Of a stretch of 64,000 bases of DNA, positions 9,631-20,716 are shown piece by piece. Origin of the DNA: Acidobacteriota bacterium (lineage in GTDB: Bacteria; Acidobacteriota; UBA890; WLXD01). The notes below the pieces were generated by a model. The model did not search any database, was not told where the DNA came from, and saw only the letters and a program-made list of their open reading frames with translations. A program made the position numbers and the translations under genes. Location: positions 2,816,001 to 2,880,000 of the forward strand of contig CBDFKD010000002.1 in the NCBI GenBank assembly GCA_965248695.1, given 5' to 3'. How positions within the stretch are numbered: position 1 is the stretch's first letter; each line of letters begins with the position of its first letter.

Positions 9631-10911
9631 ATGAAACGACGGTTGGTTGTAGCGGTTGCGACGATGGCTGTTGCCTCGACTGCCCTGGCCCAGCAAAGAC
9701 CCGACCCGAATCGTCCCGGGGCGCGAGAGGTGATCGAGTACGACGTGCCCGACACGGTCGACATCGACTACAAAGTGCTCGACAGCATCGATACCTCGTC
9801 GTCGGCGTACGGCGTTGTGCCGCTGCCCGCCGAGGTCGGCAAGACCCTGACCGGTCTCTTCAGCAAGTACACCAAGCACGTCGCGCCCAACGGTAAGCCG
9901 ATCCACATCTTCGGCCAATCGCGCGTGAGTGAGCTGCAGATGGCGCGTGCCCGGGAGATCCTGAAATACCACCTCACGGATGCGCCGGGCACCCGGTTCG
10001 GCAGCGACAAGGCCGCCATCGCCAACCGGATGGGAGACGTGCGCGCCACGCTCATATACACCGACACCCAGGCCAGGGCGTTCGCGATGTACGACATCGT
10101 CGGAGAGTCGGAGCTCGCGCTCCAGGACCTGTACGCCACCGAATCACCGGTGGAGGGCGACTACGTCTACCTTCACAACGAGGCCGAACCGGGAGCCTTT
10201 TTCACGCGCGACGCCTCGTACGAGGAGATCTTGCATCTCGTGCATGCCAAGGGCATCGAGGCGATGCTTCCCGAGTACCACGCCGCGATCGTGGACGCCG
10301 AGCAGCGTGCCGTGGATGCCGGGATCTACAAGTACGGCAGGCCGGCTCCCCACGAGTACATCATCAGCGGCTTCGACATCTACTTCGGACTGTGGGACCA
10401 CCATCCTCAAGGCGACGGGGGCTCCTACGGCGGCGAGTATCCCTACCACACACGCGTCGAAATGAAGGCGGGCGATCGGCCTCTGTTCGATCTCATCGAG
10501 GGCTTCTGGCCCGAGTACCTGACCTACAACGCCTACATCGATGCGTCGTTCGAGGGCAACTTCCTGATGGCCTACGACGGAGCGGTCGAGTACACCAACA
10601 AGTCCCGGTTCCTGGTGCAGGTCACGTTGACCGGCTCGAACGACTCGGGCGTTCGTGGCAACGACCAGGACAACGTGCTGACCGGAAACGCCGGCAACAA
10701 CGAGCTCACCGGAGCGGCGGGAGACGATCTCGTCGCCGGCGCGGCCGGCACCGACCGTGCCACCTTCGCCGGGGTGGCATCCGAGTATGGAATCGATACG
10801 AGCGGGTCGACGACGACCGTGGCCGATACGGTGGAGGACCGCGACGGGACCGACCGACTGACCGGTGTGGAGATCCTCGTCTTTCGCGACAGAGAGGTCG
10901 CCGTCGAGTAA
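9631..10911 (+). CDS. Secreted protein with a metallopeptidase-like EEILHLVH motif and C-terminal RTX/hemolysin-type Ca-binding repeats
   Basis: AGGAG RBS, signal peptide ending ALA-QQ, and GNDQDNVLTGNAGNNELTGAAGDDLV repeats. Confidence 0.7.
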   Translation: MKRRLVVAVATMAVASTALAQQRPDPNRPGAREVIEYDVPDTVDIDYKVLDSIDTSSSAYGVVPLPAEVGKTLTGLFSKYTKHVAPNGKPIHIFGQSRVSELQMARAREILKYHLTDAPGTRFGSDKAAIANRMGDVRATLIYTDTQARAFAMYDIVGESELALQDLYATESPVEGDYVYLHNEAEPGAFFTRDASYEEILHLVHAKGIEAMLPEYHAAIVDAEQRAVDAGIYKYGRPAPHEYIISGFDIYFGLWDHHPQGDGGSYGGEYPYHTRVEMKAGDRPLFDLIEGFWPEYLTYNAYIDASFEGNFLMAYDGAVEYTNKSRFLVQVTLTGSNDSGVRGNDQDNVLTGNAGNNELTGAAGDDLVAGAAGTDRATFAGVASEYGIDTSGSTTTVADTVEDRDGTDRLTGVEILVFRDREVAVE

Positions 10912-11013
10912 GGTCGCCCAGCCTGCGACAAGACCAGGATGGAGGCGACCCTGAAAGATCGTCGAGACGGGCGCCCCCCGTTGAGACCTTCGTTCCAAAC
11001 CGAGGAGACGCGC

Positions 11014-12786
11014 ATGTCAACACGATCCGTATGCCAGCTGGCCTTGTCGTTGGTCCTGTTGGGCGGAGCGCTGGATGCCGGATTTGCTCAATCGACTCCG
11101 ACGGGGAGTGCCCTCGTTGCGGGGACCGAGGCAATCGGTGCCGCCGTACGGCAGAACGGCAGCTACGACGATCTCGTGGCGCTCTTCTTCGAGTTCCGCG
11201 AGGCGCAGGACTCGACCAACGATCAGGGCGTGCCCGACTACACACGGGGAGCGGTTGCCGAGCGGTACCAGGAGTTGCAGCGGTTTCGCGAGCGGCTGGC
11301 CGGCTTCGAGATCAATGCTTGGCCTCTCTGGCAGCAGGTCGACTATCACCTCGTCCGCGCTGAAATGAACGCCGTGGAATTCCACCATCGGGTTCACAAG
11401 CCCTGGGAACGCGATCCCGGCTTCTACTCGATTCGTGGTGGCGACGCCGGAGCAGCGATCGAAGCCGAGGCGTTCACGCGCCCTCTCTTCGAGCTCGAGC
11501 CACCCTTCTCCGCCGAAGACAAGACCCGCTATCAGGCGATCCTCAGGGCCATTCCGGGATTCTACGAGCAAGCGCGAGGCAATCTCGCCGAGGCGGCGGG
11601 AGATCTCGCTGTGCTCGCGATTCGCAACTCCGAGAGTGAAGCGCGGATGTACGAGCGGATCGCGCGGCGGTTGCAAGACGCCCACCCCGAACTTGTTGCG
11701 GATGCTCGGGCAGCAGGGCAGGCGGTGCGCGACTACGCCGAGTGGCTGCAGGCCAACCTCGGCGACATGACCGCCGCAGCAGGCATCGGCAAGGACAACT
11801 ACAGCTGGTGGCTGCGAAACGTGCAGCTCTCTCCATGGGGTTGGGAGGAGAGCAACGCCATCATCCAGCGGGAGTACGACCGCATCATCTCGTTCTTGAA
11901 GCTCGAAGAGCAGCGCAACCGCGACTTGCCGTCGCTGGAGGTCGACATGACCATGCGCGATTACCGAGCCAGCGTGTTCGAGGCGCTCCACACCGTCGTC
12001 GAATTCCTACGCGACGAACAGATCATGACGATCGACGACTGGGTCAACCCGGCCGACTACACCGGGTTCGAGTCTCTCGAGGAGCTCGATGAGCGAATTG
12101 CCCGCGAAGGGGGAGGGGGTGATGAACGGCTCCTGCCCGAGAACTCCAGCATCGACACGAAAGTACGCCAGCGCGAGATGCTCCCTGGCGAGACGCACGA
12201 GTTCATCGGCCACATGCTCGATTACCAGCGCCAGGAGCGGCTCACTCGCAGTCCGATACGCAGCGCCGGGCGGCGCTACAACATGGGCTCGATGCGCACC
12301 GAGGGCTGGGCGGTCGCACTCGAGGAGTTGCTCATGCAGGCGGGTGTGCTCGACGACCGCCCTGGCAGAGGCCGCGAGATGGAGTACCTGATGAATGCCT
12401 CGCACATGAGCCTGTCCATCCCCGACATGAAGATGCACTCCAACGAGATCAATCTCACCGAGGCGAGGCAACTTTGCGCCGAGATCATGCCGCGCGGCTG
12501 GTCGCGGCCCGAGGAGGACATGGTCTGGTTCGAGATGCAGTCGAACCTCCGCAATCCAGGCGGGTTTCACAGCAACGTAGTCACCGGCAAGGCCTATTTC
12601 ATGAAGCTGTTCCGGGAACGGGCTCAGCCTCTCGGGGATGACTTCGTGCTCCGCGACTTCATCGACGACTTCCTGGCTGCGGGCGTTATTCCCATGCCCC
12701 TCATTCGCTGGGAGATGACCGGGAACGATGACGACATCGCGTTGGTGACCGAGGAGCTGCCGGCCGACGACAGCGCCGGGAACTAG
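11014..12786 (+). CDS. DUF885-family secreted protein
   Basis: Signal peptide, THEFIGH...EGWAVALEE and [11 protein letters not shown]-type C-terminus. Confidence 0.75.
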   Translation: MSTRSVCQLALSLVLLGGALDAGFAQSTPTGSALVAGTEAIGAAVRQNGSYDDLVALFFEFREAQDSTNDQGVPDYTRGAVAERYQELQRFRERLAGFEINAWPLWQQVDYHLVRAEMNAVEFHHRVHKPWERDPGFYSIRGGDAGAAIEAEAFTRPLFELEPPFSAEDKTRYQAILRAIPGFYEQARGNLAEAAGDLAVLAIRNSESEARMYERIARRLQDAHPELVADARAAGQAVRDYAEWLQANLGDMTAAAGIGKDNYSWWLRNVQLSPWGWEESNAIIQREYDRIISFLKLEEQRNRDLPSLEVDMTMRDYRASVFEALHTVVEFLRDEQIMTIDDWVNPADYTGFESLEELDERIAREGGGGDERLLPENSSIDTKVRQREMLPGETHEFIGHMLDYQRQERLTRSPIRSAGRRYNMGSMRTEGWAVALEELLMQAGVLDDRPGRGREMEYLMNASHMSLSIPDMKMHSNEINLTEARQLCAEIMPRGWSRPEEDMVWFEMQSNLRNPGGFHSNVVTGKAYFMKLFRERAQPLGDDFVLRDFIDDFLAAGVIPMPLIRWEMTGNDDDIALVTEELPADDSAGN

Positions 12787-12817
12787 CGTGTTCGTCCTGA
12801 ACCGCGCGGAGAATCTC

Positions 12818-13753
12818 ATGCGTCCCACGCCGATACGTCTCATTATTCTCGTTGCCGCCCTCGCGTTAACTGTCGGTGCAGACTCACCCGGGTCAGCGAC
12901 GCAGGACATGGGCTCCAGAATCGCTTTCGTCTCGAACCGAGATGGGGATACCGAGATCTATCTGATGAACGCCGATGGGTCCGACGTGACGCGGTTGACG
13001 AACAGCCCGGGCTTTGACGGGGCGCCGGCGTGGTCTCCGGACGGCACACAGATCGCCTTCGCATCCTCGAGGAGTGGCAACGCCGACATCTGCATCATGA
13101 ATGCCGATGGATCCGACGTGACGTGCATCACGACCCACCAGGCAAGCGACCGTGGCCCCTCCTGGTCGCCCGATGGGTCGATGATCGCCTTCGAGTCCGA
13201 TCGCAGCGGCAGCTCGCAGGTGTGGCGCACGAACGTCGACGCCGGCAACTGGGGATACAACCTGACGCAGCTGACCGCCGACCATCCGCTGGGGCGCGTC
13301 AACAACTTCCTGGCGTGGTCGCCCGACGGTGTGTGGGTCGCTTTCGAAGCGGATCGGGACCGGGATGACCCTGAGATCTACCTCGCGAGCGCCGTTGACG
13401 GCACGAACCAACGGCGGTTGACGTACACTCGCGCCCTCGACGAAGTTCCGAGCTGGACCCCGGACAGCAAGCAGATCGTCTATTCGACGGACCGCGATGG
13501 CGAGCCCCAGAACGGCAACTACGAGATCTACATCATGAACGCCGACGGCTCCGACAAACGCCGCCTGACCAACGCACCTGGGGCCGATTCGAACCCGTCG
13601 GTGTCCGCCGACGGTTCACGGATCGCGTTCGATTCCTCCCGCGACGGGACGTCAGAGATCTACGTCATGAACATCGACGGGATGAACCAGGTTCGTTTGA
13701 CGACCTCGGACAGAGGGGTGTCCAGCAACAACCCGGCCTGGTCTCCGCACTAG
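12818..13753 (+). CDS. TolB-like beta-propeller (PD40 repeats)
   Basis: Repeated P(A/S)WSPDG..IAF.S.R and EIY.MNADG units. Confidence 0.9.
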   Translation: MRPTPIRLIILVAALALTVGADSPGSATQDMGSRIAFVSNRDGDTEIYLMNADGSDVTRLTNSPGFDGAPAWSPDGTQIAFASSRSGNADICIMNADGSDVTCITTHQASDRGPSWSPDGSMIAFESDRSGSSQVWRTNVDAGNWGYNLTQLTADHPLGRVNNFLAWSPDGVWVAFEADRDRDDPEIYLASAVDGTNQRRLTYTRALDEVPSWTPDSKQIVYSTDRDGEPQNGNYEIYIMNADGSDKRRLTNAPGADSNPSVSADGSRIAFDSSRDGTSEIYVMNIDGMNQVRLTTSDRGVSSNNPAWSPH

Positions 13754-13775
13754 TCGTTCGCACGAGTTGGCAGCC

Positions 13776-14095
13776 TCAGAACGAGTACGAAGCCCTCCCG
13801 TAGACGAATCGTCCCGGTTCCGGGACCGCGGTTCTGAGGAAAGGATTCTTGGCATTCAGGTGGTTGACGTAGCGTCGGTTCGCCAGGTTGAGCACGCGAA
13901 AGCTGACTCCGAATCCTTGTTGCGATCGCCAGCCTGCGTCCAGATTGATGACCTCGGCGCCTGCGGTCGGGGTCTCGCCGCGCAGGCTGGCCACACGGTT
14001 CTGGTCAGCGGTGATACGCAGCGTTCCCTGGGCGTACCAGCGGCTCTGCGGCTCGAAGCGCACGCCGAGATCTACAGTGAACGGCGAGACGCCCC
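13776..14095 (-). pseudogene. C-terminal fragment of a TonB-dependent receptor
   Basis: VLNLANRRYVNHL...PEPGRFVYGRASYSF* is a typical TBDR C-terminus; it is fused in frame behind a selO fragment. Confidence 0.8.
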
Positions 14096-15019
14096 GCACG
14101 ACCTGCTCCGGTCGTGGCGGCAGGGCCAGGCGCGATTGAGACGGATCGTACTCAAAAGGCTTTGTCAGACGCTCCACCAGGGCGTGAAATGGCTTGAAAT
14201 CACTGTCGCTGGTGGCCGCCTCAATCGCTTCTTCCACCAGATGATTGCGCGGAACGAAGGCCGGGTTGGCGGCGTACATGGATTCCTGTCGGTCGGCTGG
14301 CGTGGTCGGTTCTTCTTTCAGTCGCGCCCGCCAGCGCTCCAGCCATGAATTGAATGCTTGCGGGAATTCGAAAATCGCGCCGACCCCTTCGTCGCCCGTG
14401 TTCCCGTTGGCGAGGTCAGCCAGGCGCCGAAAACTGAGGGTGAAGTCCACACTGGTCTCCGCCATCACCGACACCAGGTCCTGTAGCAGGGACTCGTCCT
14501 CTTCACCCTCGGGCCGAAAGCCAAGCTTGCAAGCAATGCCCTGCTGGTGGGCATCCAGGAACTTATCGGGAAACGCATCGACGCTATCCTGCGCCAGCGT
14601 TCCGGCTTGCTCCGGGACTTCGTGCAGCAGTGGCAACAGGGTCTGTGCCAGGCAGACCAGGTTCCAGTGGGCGATGCGGGGCTGGTTGCGGTAGGCATAA
14701 CGGCCGCCATGGTCAATGGAGCTGTAGACGGTGTCGGGATTGAAATCATCCATGAAGGCACAGGGCCCGTAGTCAATGGTTTCCCCGGAAAGCAGCATAT
14801 TGTCCGTATTCATCACGCCGTGGATAAACCCGACCAGTTGCCACCGGGCCACCAGTTGAGCCTGTTGGCCTACGACTTCCTGCAGCAGCGCCTGCGCGGG
14901 ATTGTCTGCCGCGGCCAGGCCTGGGTAGTGGCGAGCTATCACGTGGGCCACCAGCATTTGCAGTGCCTCGGTATCCTGCTTTGAGGCGAAAAACTGGAAC
15001 GTGCCAATGCGGATATGGC
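14096..15019 (-). pseudogene. selO: Protein adenylyltransferase SelO/YdiU, central to C-terminal fragment
   Basis: [24 protein letters not shown] and NPAFVPRNH motifs; lacks the N-terminus and the terminal Cys motif. Confidence 0.9.
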
Positions 15020-15972
15020 CTCGGTCGTCCCGAACATTTCTTCGGTTTCGAGCCAGCGCACGTCTGGGAACGCTACGGCAGCCGCAACGAGATGAGCTCC
15101 GAGAGCTGGATCGAGGGCCCGTGGATGACGCGGCACGGCAACACCTATTACCTGCAGTACGCCGCTCCAGGAACCGACTGGATCACGTACGGAGTGGGCG
15201 TGTATACGAGCGATGCTCCGCTCGGCCCGTTTAACTACTACGAGGGGAGCCCGATCCTCGTGCACCGCGGTGGGCTGATCAACGGGACCGGTCACCACAG
15301 TGTGGTCGAGGGGCCCGACGGCGCGCTGTGGGCAGTCTATACGCTCCTGTAGCGAAACTGGAACCGCATGTTCGAGCGTCGCATCGGGCTGGATCCGGTC
15401 GGATTCAACGAGCACGGCAACATACGCATCGCCGGCCCGTCGGAGATTCCCCAGTGGGCCCCGGGCCACTCGCCCGAACCGTGGCGTAACAACGAAACCG
15501 GTTCCATCCCCCTGTCGCTGGACAAGAACTACGTCGCCAGCAGCGAGGCACCCGGGCGCAACGCTCCCTACGCGATCGATGACAACGCCCGCACCTGGTG
15601 GGCACCGACAGTCGACGACCTCGAGCCCTGGCTGCAGATCGACCTCACCGCCGGGTGGCGGCAGGACTACGTCATCGATTCGACGCGCCTTCTGTTCCTG
15701 CTCCCGGAGGGCGACGTGGAGGACGAGTCAGCACCGAGCAACCTCGGCGATCCGTGGCGGATCCGGCGCTACCGAATCGAGGTTTCGTCGAACGGCAAGA
15801 CCTTCTCCACTGTCGTCGACAAGACCGGCAACGGGACCGATAACGCTGTCGAGTTCGATGCGTTCGCCGAGGTTCCGTCCCGGTACGTGCGCCTCACGCT
15901 GACCGGATGGCCCCCGGATCTTCGCGCGGTGTGCTGGAGATCACGGTCTTCGGCAGGCCCGTGCCCGAGTAA
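15020..15972 (+). pseudogene. GH43-like glycoside hydrolase plus discoidin (F5/8 type C) domain, 5'-truncated
   Basis: WIEGPW...YYLQY..PGT, SDAPLGPF and GTGHHS; in-frame TAG at 15350-15352; AIDDN.RTWW and WLQIDL; frameshift near 15925. Confidence 0.8.
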
Positions 15973-16380
15973 CCGGCTCGCACCACGCTGGCGGCGCGAC
16001 CACGACAGCCGCTACCGGCAGATCAGCTCGCGTGGAGGGAGGCGCACGTGGTCGCCCAGACGCTCATGGCCCAGCAGGCCGCCGAGAGGGGCTTCGAGCT
16101 CCTCGGCGAGCGGCGCATGGGCTACATCCCTGAGAACGGCACCTTCTGGTATCAGGCTCGAAGTATCGTTCTACGCGCCCACGGGCTCCTCTACCGGCCG
16201 CACCATCACCACTGGCTCTACCAGCTCCACTTCGGCACCATCCTGACCGGAGGGCTGCCCTACCGGATCCTCGTCTCCGTGATGGGCGTCGTCATCGCCC
16301 TCCTCAGCGTTACCGGAGTCTGGATTTGGTGGGAACGGCGCCGGATCCGAGTTCGCAAGGCCGCCACAGCGTGCCTTGAG
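15973..16380 (+). pseudogene. PepSY-associated TM-helix protein, C-terminal fragment
   Basis: WLYQLHFG...YRILVSVMG...LSVTGVWIWW.RRR. Confidence 0.7.
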
Positions 16381-16728
16381 TGGCCAAACCCGTACCACCG
16401 AAAGGGGCTCGAGAGACGGTTGCGCGGGAAGCCGGTGCCGAAGCGAACCGTGGCGTCTCTGTTGACAACAGGAGCAACGTCGGTTGCCGCTAACATCCTG
16501 AGAATCAAAAGGTTATAGTCTGCTCTCTCGAAGAGTCCCACAGTAGTCTACGCCGCTCATGATTTGTTGTTCGGGAGTCTGCTGCTCGCCGCAGACACTT
16601 CGAGGCGAATCGGGTGGCGACGTACGGCTCGACATGCGCATTTCGCCGAGGCGCACCGTGCACGGGCCGCTACGGACGTAGAAATCGACGCCACCACAGC
16701 GCCCCGTCCGCCCATTCGACGAAACGTG

Positions 16729-16806
16729 TTCGGGAGCCGCTCGAGCGCGTACAATTCGGGAGCCGCTCGAGCGCGTACAATTCGGGAGCCGCTCGAGCGC
16801 GTACAA
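16729..16806 (+). repeat. Three perfect tandem copies of 26 bp (TTCGGGAGCCGCTCGAGCGCGTACAA)
   Basis: Read directly; each copy plus the next T forms TACAAT. Confidence 0.95.
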
Positions 16807-16844
16807 TAGGGGTGGAACTATGCGCTCCCGGGAGACTGGCGGAA

Positions 16845-17534
16845 ATGATATTCGATCCCATGTACGTTCTCTTCATCGCCCCTGGCCTAGTGCTGTCGAT
16901 TTGGGCCAGTGTGCGCGTGAAGAGCGTGTTCAAAAAGTACTCGCAGGTTCGCTGCATGCGGGGCTGCACGGGCGCCGAGGCAGCCCAGGAGCTGCTGCGC
17001 GGGGCCGGGATCACCGACGTGCGCATCGTCCGCTCCCACGGTGTCCTGTCCGATCACTACAACCCGGTCACCAAAACGCTTGCGTTGTCCGAGCAGGTCT
17101 ACAACTCGAACTCCATCGCGGCAGTGGGAGTCGCGACCCACGAAGCCGGGCACGCCATTCAGCACGCGCGACACTATGCACCGCTCTGGGTGCGCTCCGC
17201 ACTGGTGCCGACGGCCAATATCGGATCGAGCCTCGGGTATTTCGTGATGTTAATGGGCCTGTTCGTCGCGTCGACCAACATGGTGCTGGTGGGGGCGGTG
17301 TTGTTTTCGGCGGTTCTGCTGTTCCAGCTCGTCACGCTTCCCGTCGAGTTCAACGCCTCAAGCCGCGCCAAGGCGCTCGTCGTCGAGCACGGCATCATCA
17401 CGATGAAGGAACGGAAGGGCGTCGACAAGGTGTTGAACGCAGCGGCCCTGACCTACGTGGCGGCCGCCGTCAGCACGCTCCTGACTCTGCTGTACTTCCT
17501 GTGGCGGTCTGGGCTGATCGGCGGGCGTCGTTAG
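16845..17534 (+). CDS. Putative neutral zinc metallopeptidase (YugP / Zn_peptidase_2)
   Basis: LSDHYNP, ATHEAGHAIQH, TLPVEFNAS and AAALTYVA motifs. Confidence 0.92.
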   Translation: MIFDPMYVLFIAPGLVLSIWASVRVKSVFKKYSQVRCMRGCTGAEAAQELLRGAGITDVRIVRSHGVLSDHYNPVTKTLALSEQVYNSNSIAAVGVATHEAGHAIQHARHYAPLWVRSALVPTANIGSSLGYFVMLMGLFVASTNMVLVGAVLFSAVLLFQLVTLPVEFNASSRAKALVVEHGIITMKERKGVDKVLNAAALTYVAAAVSTLLTLLYFLWRSGLIGGRR

Positions 17535-17559
17535 TCTCGCGGCTTGCCGCACCCGAGGG

Positions 17560-17705
17560 CGAGCCTCGCGCACGGCGGGCCCGCAGCTCGTGAAGTCGCC
17601 GAGGTAGATCCGGTTGTCCGCATCGGGAAGCCACGAACATCCGGTCGTGTGGACCTCGTGATCGCCGTTCGACTGCGCGTTCTTGTTGACGTAGTACCCA
17701 GCCAT
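17560..17705 (-). pseudogene. Small Cys/His-containing hypothetical protein, probably 3'-truncated
   Basis: GGAGG RBS then [27 protein letters not shown]...LGDFTSC, after which it runs into unrelated sequence. Confidence 0.55.
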
Positions 17706-17959
17706 TGGTGGTCCCTCCGTGTTGCTGCCGGGATCATGGGATCCTGGCGTCCGATCGTCAGTACTTGAGTGCTCGCGGTCGTGCGGAGGGTTCGGGTCTC
17801 GGCCCGGCGATATCGTGCTCCTTGCTCCGAATACGCCCATCTCGACCCTTGGTCGTGAGCTCGCCCCCCTCTCCGCCCGTGGGGGACGTGACCAACATCG
17901 ACGAGCTGGTCGCCAAGATTCGCCGCTGGATCGAGGAGAAGGAGATCCCGCCAGGTGAG

Positions 17960-18660
17960 GGTCATCAATTCGGTGGCTGGAACCCGCAACTGGGCGACGG
18001 TCGCGCCATACTGCTCGGCGAGGTCATCGCCGCGGACGGTATTCGCCACGATATCCAACTCAAGGGCTCGGGCCGCACGCCCTATTCCCGCAATGGCGAT
18101 GGCCGCGCCCCCCTGGGCCCGGTATTGCGTGAGTACATTGTCAGCGAGGCCATGGCGTCCCTGGACATTCCCACCACCCGCTCGCTGGCGGCCGTGACCA
18201 CTGGCGATCCGGTATACGGGGAGGCAGCCCTGTCGGGCGCAGTCCTGGCTCGCGTGTCCCAGAGCCATATCCGCATTGGCACGTTCCAGTTTTTCGCCTC
18301 AAAGCAGGATGCCGAGGCACTGCAAATGCTGGTGGCCCACGTGATAGCTCGCCACTACCCAGGCCTGGCCGCGGCAGACAATCCCGCGCAGGCGCTGCTG
18401 CAGGAAGTCGTAGGCCAACAGGCTCAACTGGTGGCCCACTGGCAACTGGTTGGGTTTATCCACGGCGTGATGAATACGGACAATATGCTGCTTTCCGGGG
18501 AAACCATTGATTACGGCCCGTGTGCCTTCATGGATGATTTCAATCCCGACACCGTCTACAGCTCCATTGACCATGGCGGCCGTTATGCCTACCGCAACCA
18601 GCCCCGCATCGCCCACTGGAACCTGGTCTGCCTGGCACAGACCCTGTTGCCACTGCTGCA
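17960..18660 (+). pseudogene. selO: SelO/YdiU internal fragment (second allele)
   Basis: [34 protein letters not shown] and HGVMNTDN; truncated at both ends. Confidence 0.9.
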
Positions 18661-18809
18661 GGTTAAGCTAGCAGGGACCTTCCCGTCGGAGAGCCGGTCC
18701 GTCTTGTCCAATATTCGACTTATTGGACGCGCTTTGGAACCGCGATCGCATAGCTTTCCGGCAGGCCTGCAAGATCCCGATTGTTGTCGCCAGAGGGAAA
18801 GTGAGGCAA

Positions 18810-19456
18810 ATGGCGAGTAAGCAACGACGAACGGACACCGCACAAGGTTTCTTTGAACGAGAATGTGTTCAGGAGGCAGTTTGGCGAGGCATTATCTCGA
18901 CGAGTGATGGACGCATCACGTATCGCCTCCGCCAAACGAGATCATACGACCTGTCAGACCCCGAGGAACTTATTCGCGCGTTTTCCATTGCGTGGCTAGT
19001 CGTGCAACGCGACTACCCACCGACTCGACTTCGCACCGAGGTTACCGTCCCACGAAGGAATCCATCGGATTACGCGGATGTGGTTGTCTACGAGGATGCT
19101 GATTGTTCAACGCCTTATCTTGTTGTCGAAAATAAGGCCCCGGAGCAGACAGAGAGCAGACGGCGTCAAGGTATTGAACAGGGCTTCGGCAACGCCAATT
19201 CGCTCCGAGCCCCCTTCATGCTCTACGACGAAGGCACTGACTCGGCTGCATTTGACGTGGCGAATCATCCGCCAATGGAGCGCGAACAGAACCGCCTCGG
19301 CCCTCGTGACTCATTGCCGGCAATGTATGGTTCCGCTCCTGAGTACGTTCACATAGCCGGACAGCCCGGTGACATAGAACCATTGGATGCCCGACAACTC
19401 GAGACGGCGGTTCGTCGAGCGCGCGGCATTATATGGTCCGGAGGCCGGCGCGATCC
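18810..19456 (+). pseudogene. Restriction-modification enzyme N-terminus (HsdR_N-type nuclease, usually fused to an N6-methylase), truncated by IS3
   Basis: PEELIR, ADVVVY...VVENK (PD-(D/E)xK) and IIWSGGRRDP, which stops at the IS end. Confidence 0.75.
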
Positions 19457-20716
19457 TGACCTGACCCCCGAAAACGGATCCGGATGTAATCTCACGATCT
19501 GGGTCAAGAACGGGAGGTCAGAATGCCGAGTAAGAGGCACAGCGCCGAGCAGATCGTACGCAAGCTCCGGGAGGCTGAGGTGGAGCTGGCTCGAGGGGCG
19601 ACGGTCAAGGATGCCTGCCGCAAGCTAGCAATCACCGAGCACACCTACTACCGGTGGCGGCGAGAGTACGGCGGACTGAAGCTCAACCAGGCCAGAAAGC
19701 TCAAGCAACTGGAGAAGGAGAATGCCCGGCTCAAGAGGCTGGTGGCGGAAAAGGAACTCGACCTGTCGATCCTGAAGGAAGTGGCGGAGGGAAACTTCTG
19801 AGCCCAGCTCGGCGGCGAGAGGCGGTGGCACATGTACGGGGGCGGCTGGGCGTCTCGGAGAGGCGGGCGTGTCGGGTACTGAAACAACCACGCACGACAC
19901 ACCGGTACGTGCCAAGAGAGCCGCAACAGGAGCAGATTTTGACGGAGCGGATCGTGGATTTAGCCCGACAGTACGGGCGCTACGGATATCGGAGGGTGAC
20001 AGCGTTGCTGCGCATGGAGGGCTGGTCCGTGAACCACAAACGAGTGCAGCGTATCTGGCGGCGCGAAGGGCTGAAAGTACCGAGAAAACAGCCCAAACGA
20101 GCACGGCTGTGGCTGAGCGATGGCTCCTGCATCCGGCTGCGCCCACAGCACCGGGATCATGTCTGGGCGTATGACTTCCTGCACCACCGGACGCACGACG
20201 GTCGGGCTATGAGGCTGCTGACGATCGTCGATGAGTACACACGAGAAAGCCTGGCGATCCATGTAGCACGGAAGCTCAACTCTGAGGACGTGCTGGAGCA
20301 GCTCGGGAGGTTGTTCGTACACCGGGGCATACCTGAGCACATCCGGTCGGATAACGGACCAGAGTTCACCGCCGAGGCGGTTCGCGACTGGCTGGGCCGG
20401 TTGGGCGTGGGGACGCTGTTCATCGAGCCGGGCTCGCCGTGGGAGAACGGTTACGTGGAGAGCTTCAACGGCAAGCTACGCGACGAGCTGCTGGATGGAG
20501 AGATCTTCTACACGCTCAAGGAGGCAAAGGTTCTGATCGAGAGATGGCGTCAGCACTACAACCGCATGCGACCGCACAGCTCGCTGAGCTATCGGCCGCC
20601 CGCACCCGAAGCGACGTTGTTGAAGCCGGCTGCGCTCCGCTTCGCCGGCCTCAACAACCTCTTGTCAGCACCGAGTTACTGAGATAAGACATGGTACTAA
20701 CCGCGGGGTCAGGTCA
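19457..20716 (+). mobile_element. IS3-family insertion sequence (element B, copy 1)
   Basis: IRs TGACCTGACCCC...GGGGTCAGGTCA; orfA 19523..19801; orfB ends at 20682; GGGAAAC frameshift site; no target duplication. Confidence 0.95.
19523..20682 (+). CDS. IS3 transposase OrfAB (programmed -1 frameshift)
   Basis: HTH OrfA plus DDE OrfB motifs. Confidence 0.92.

Noticed and set aside
15350-15352. Recoded TAG (pyrrolysine or read-through) in the GH43 gene
   Set aside because: The gene is also 5'-truncated and frameshifted; a simple TAC-to-TAG nonsense change is more parsimonious.
16485-16520. AT-rich TAAC...GTTA motif resembling a recombinase or dif site
   Set aside because: It does not match the XerC/XerD consensus, occurs once and has no recombinase nearby.
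16729-16806. Possible mini CRISPR array
   Set aside because: The repeats are directly adjacent with no spacers, and no cas genes are in the window.
13754-18810. Integron cassette array explaining the gene fragments
   Set aside because: No integron integrase and no repeated attC-like sites at the junctions; the fragments are partial and on both strands.
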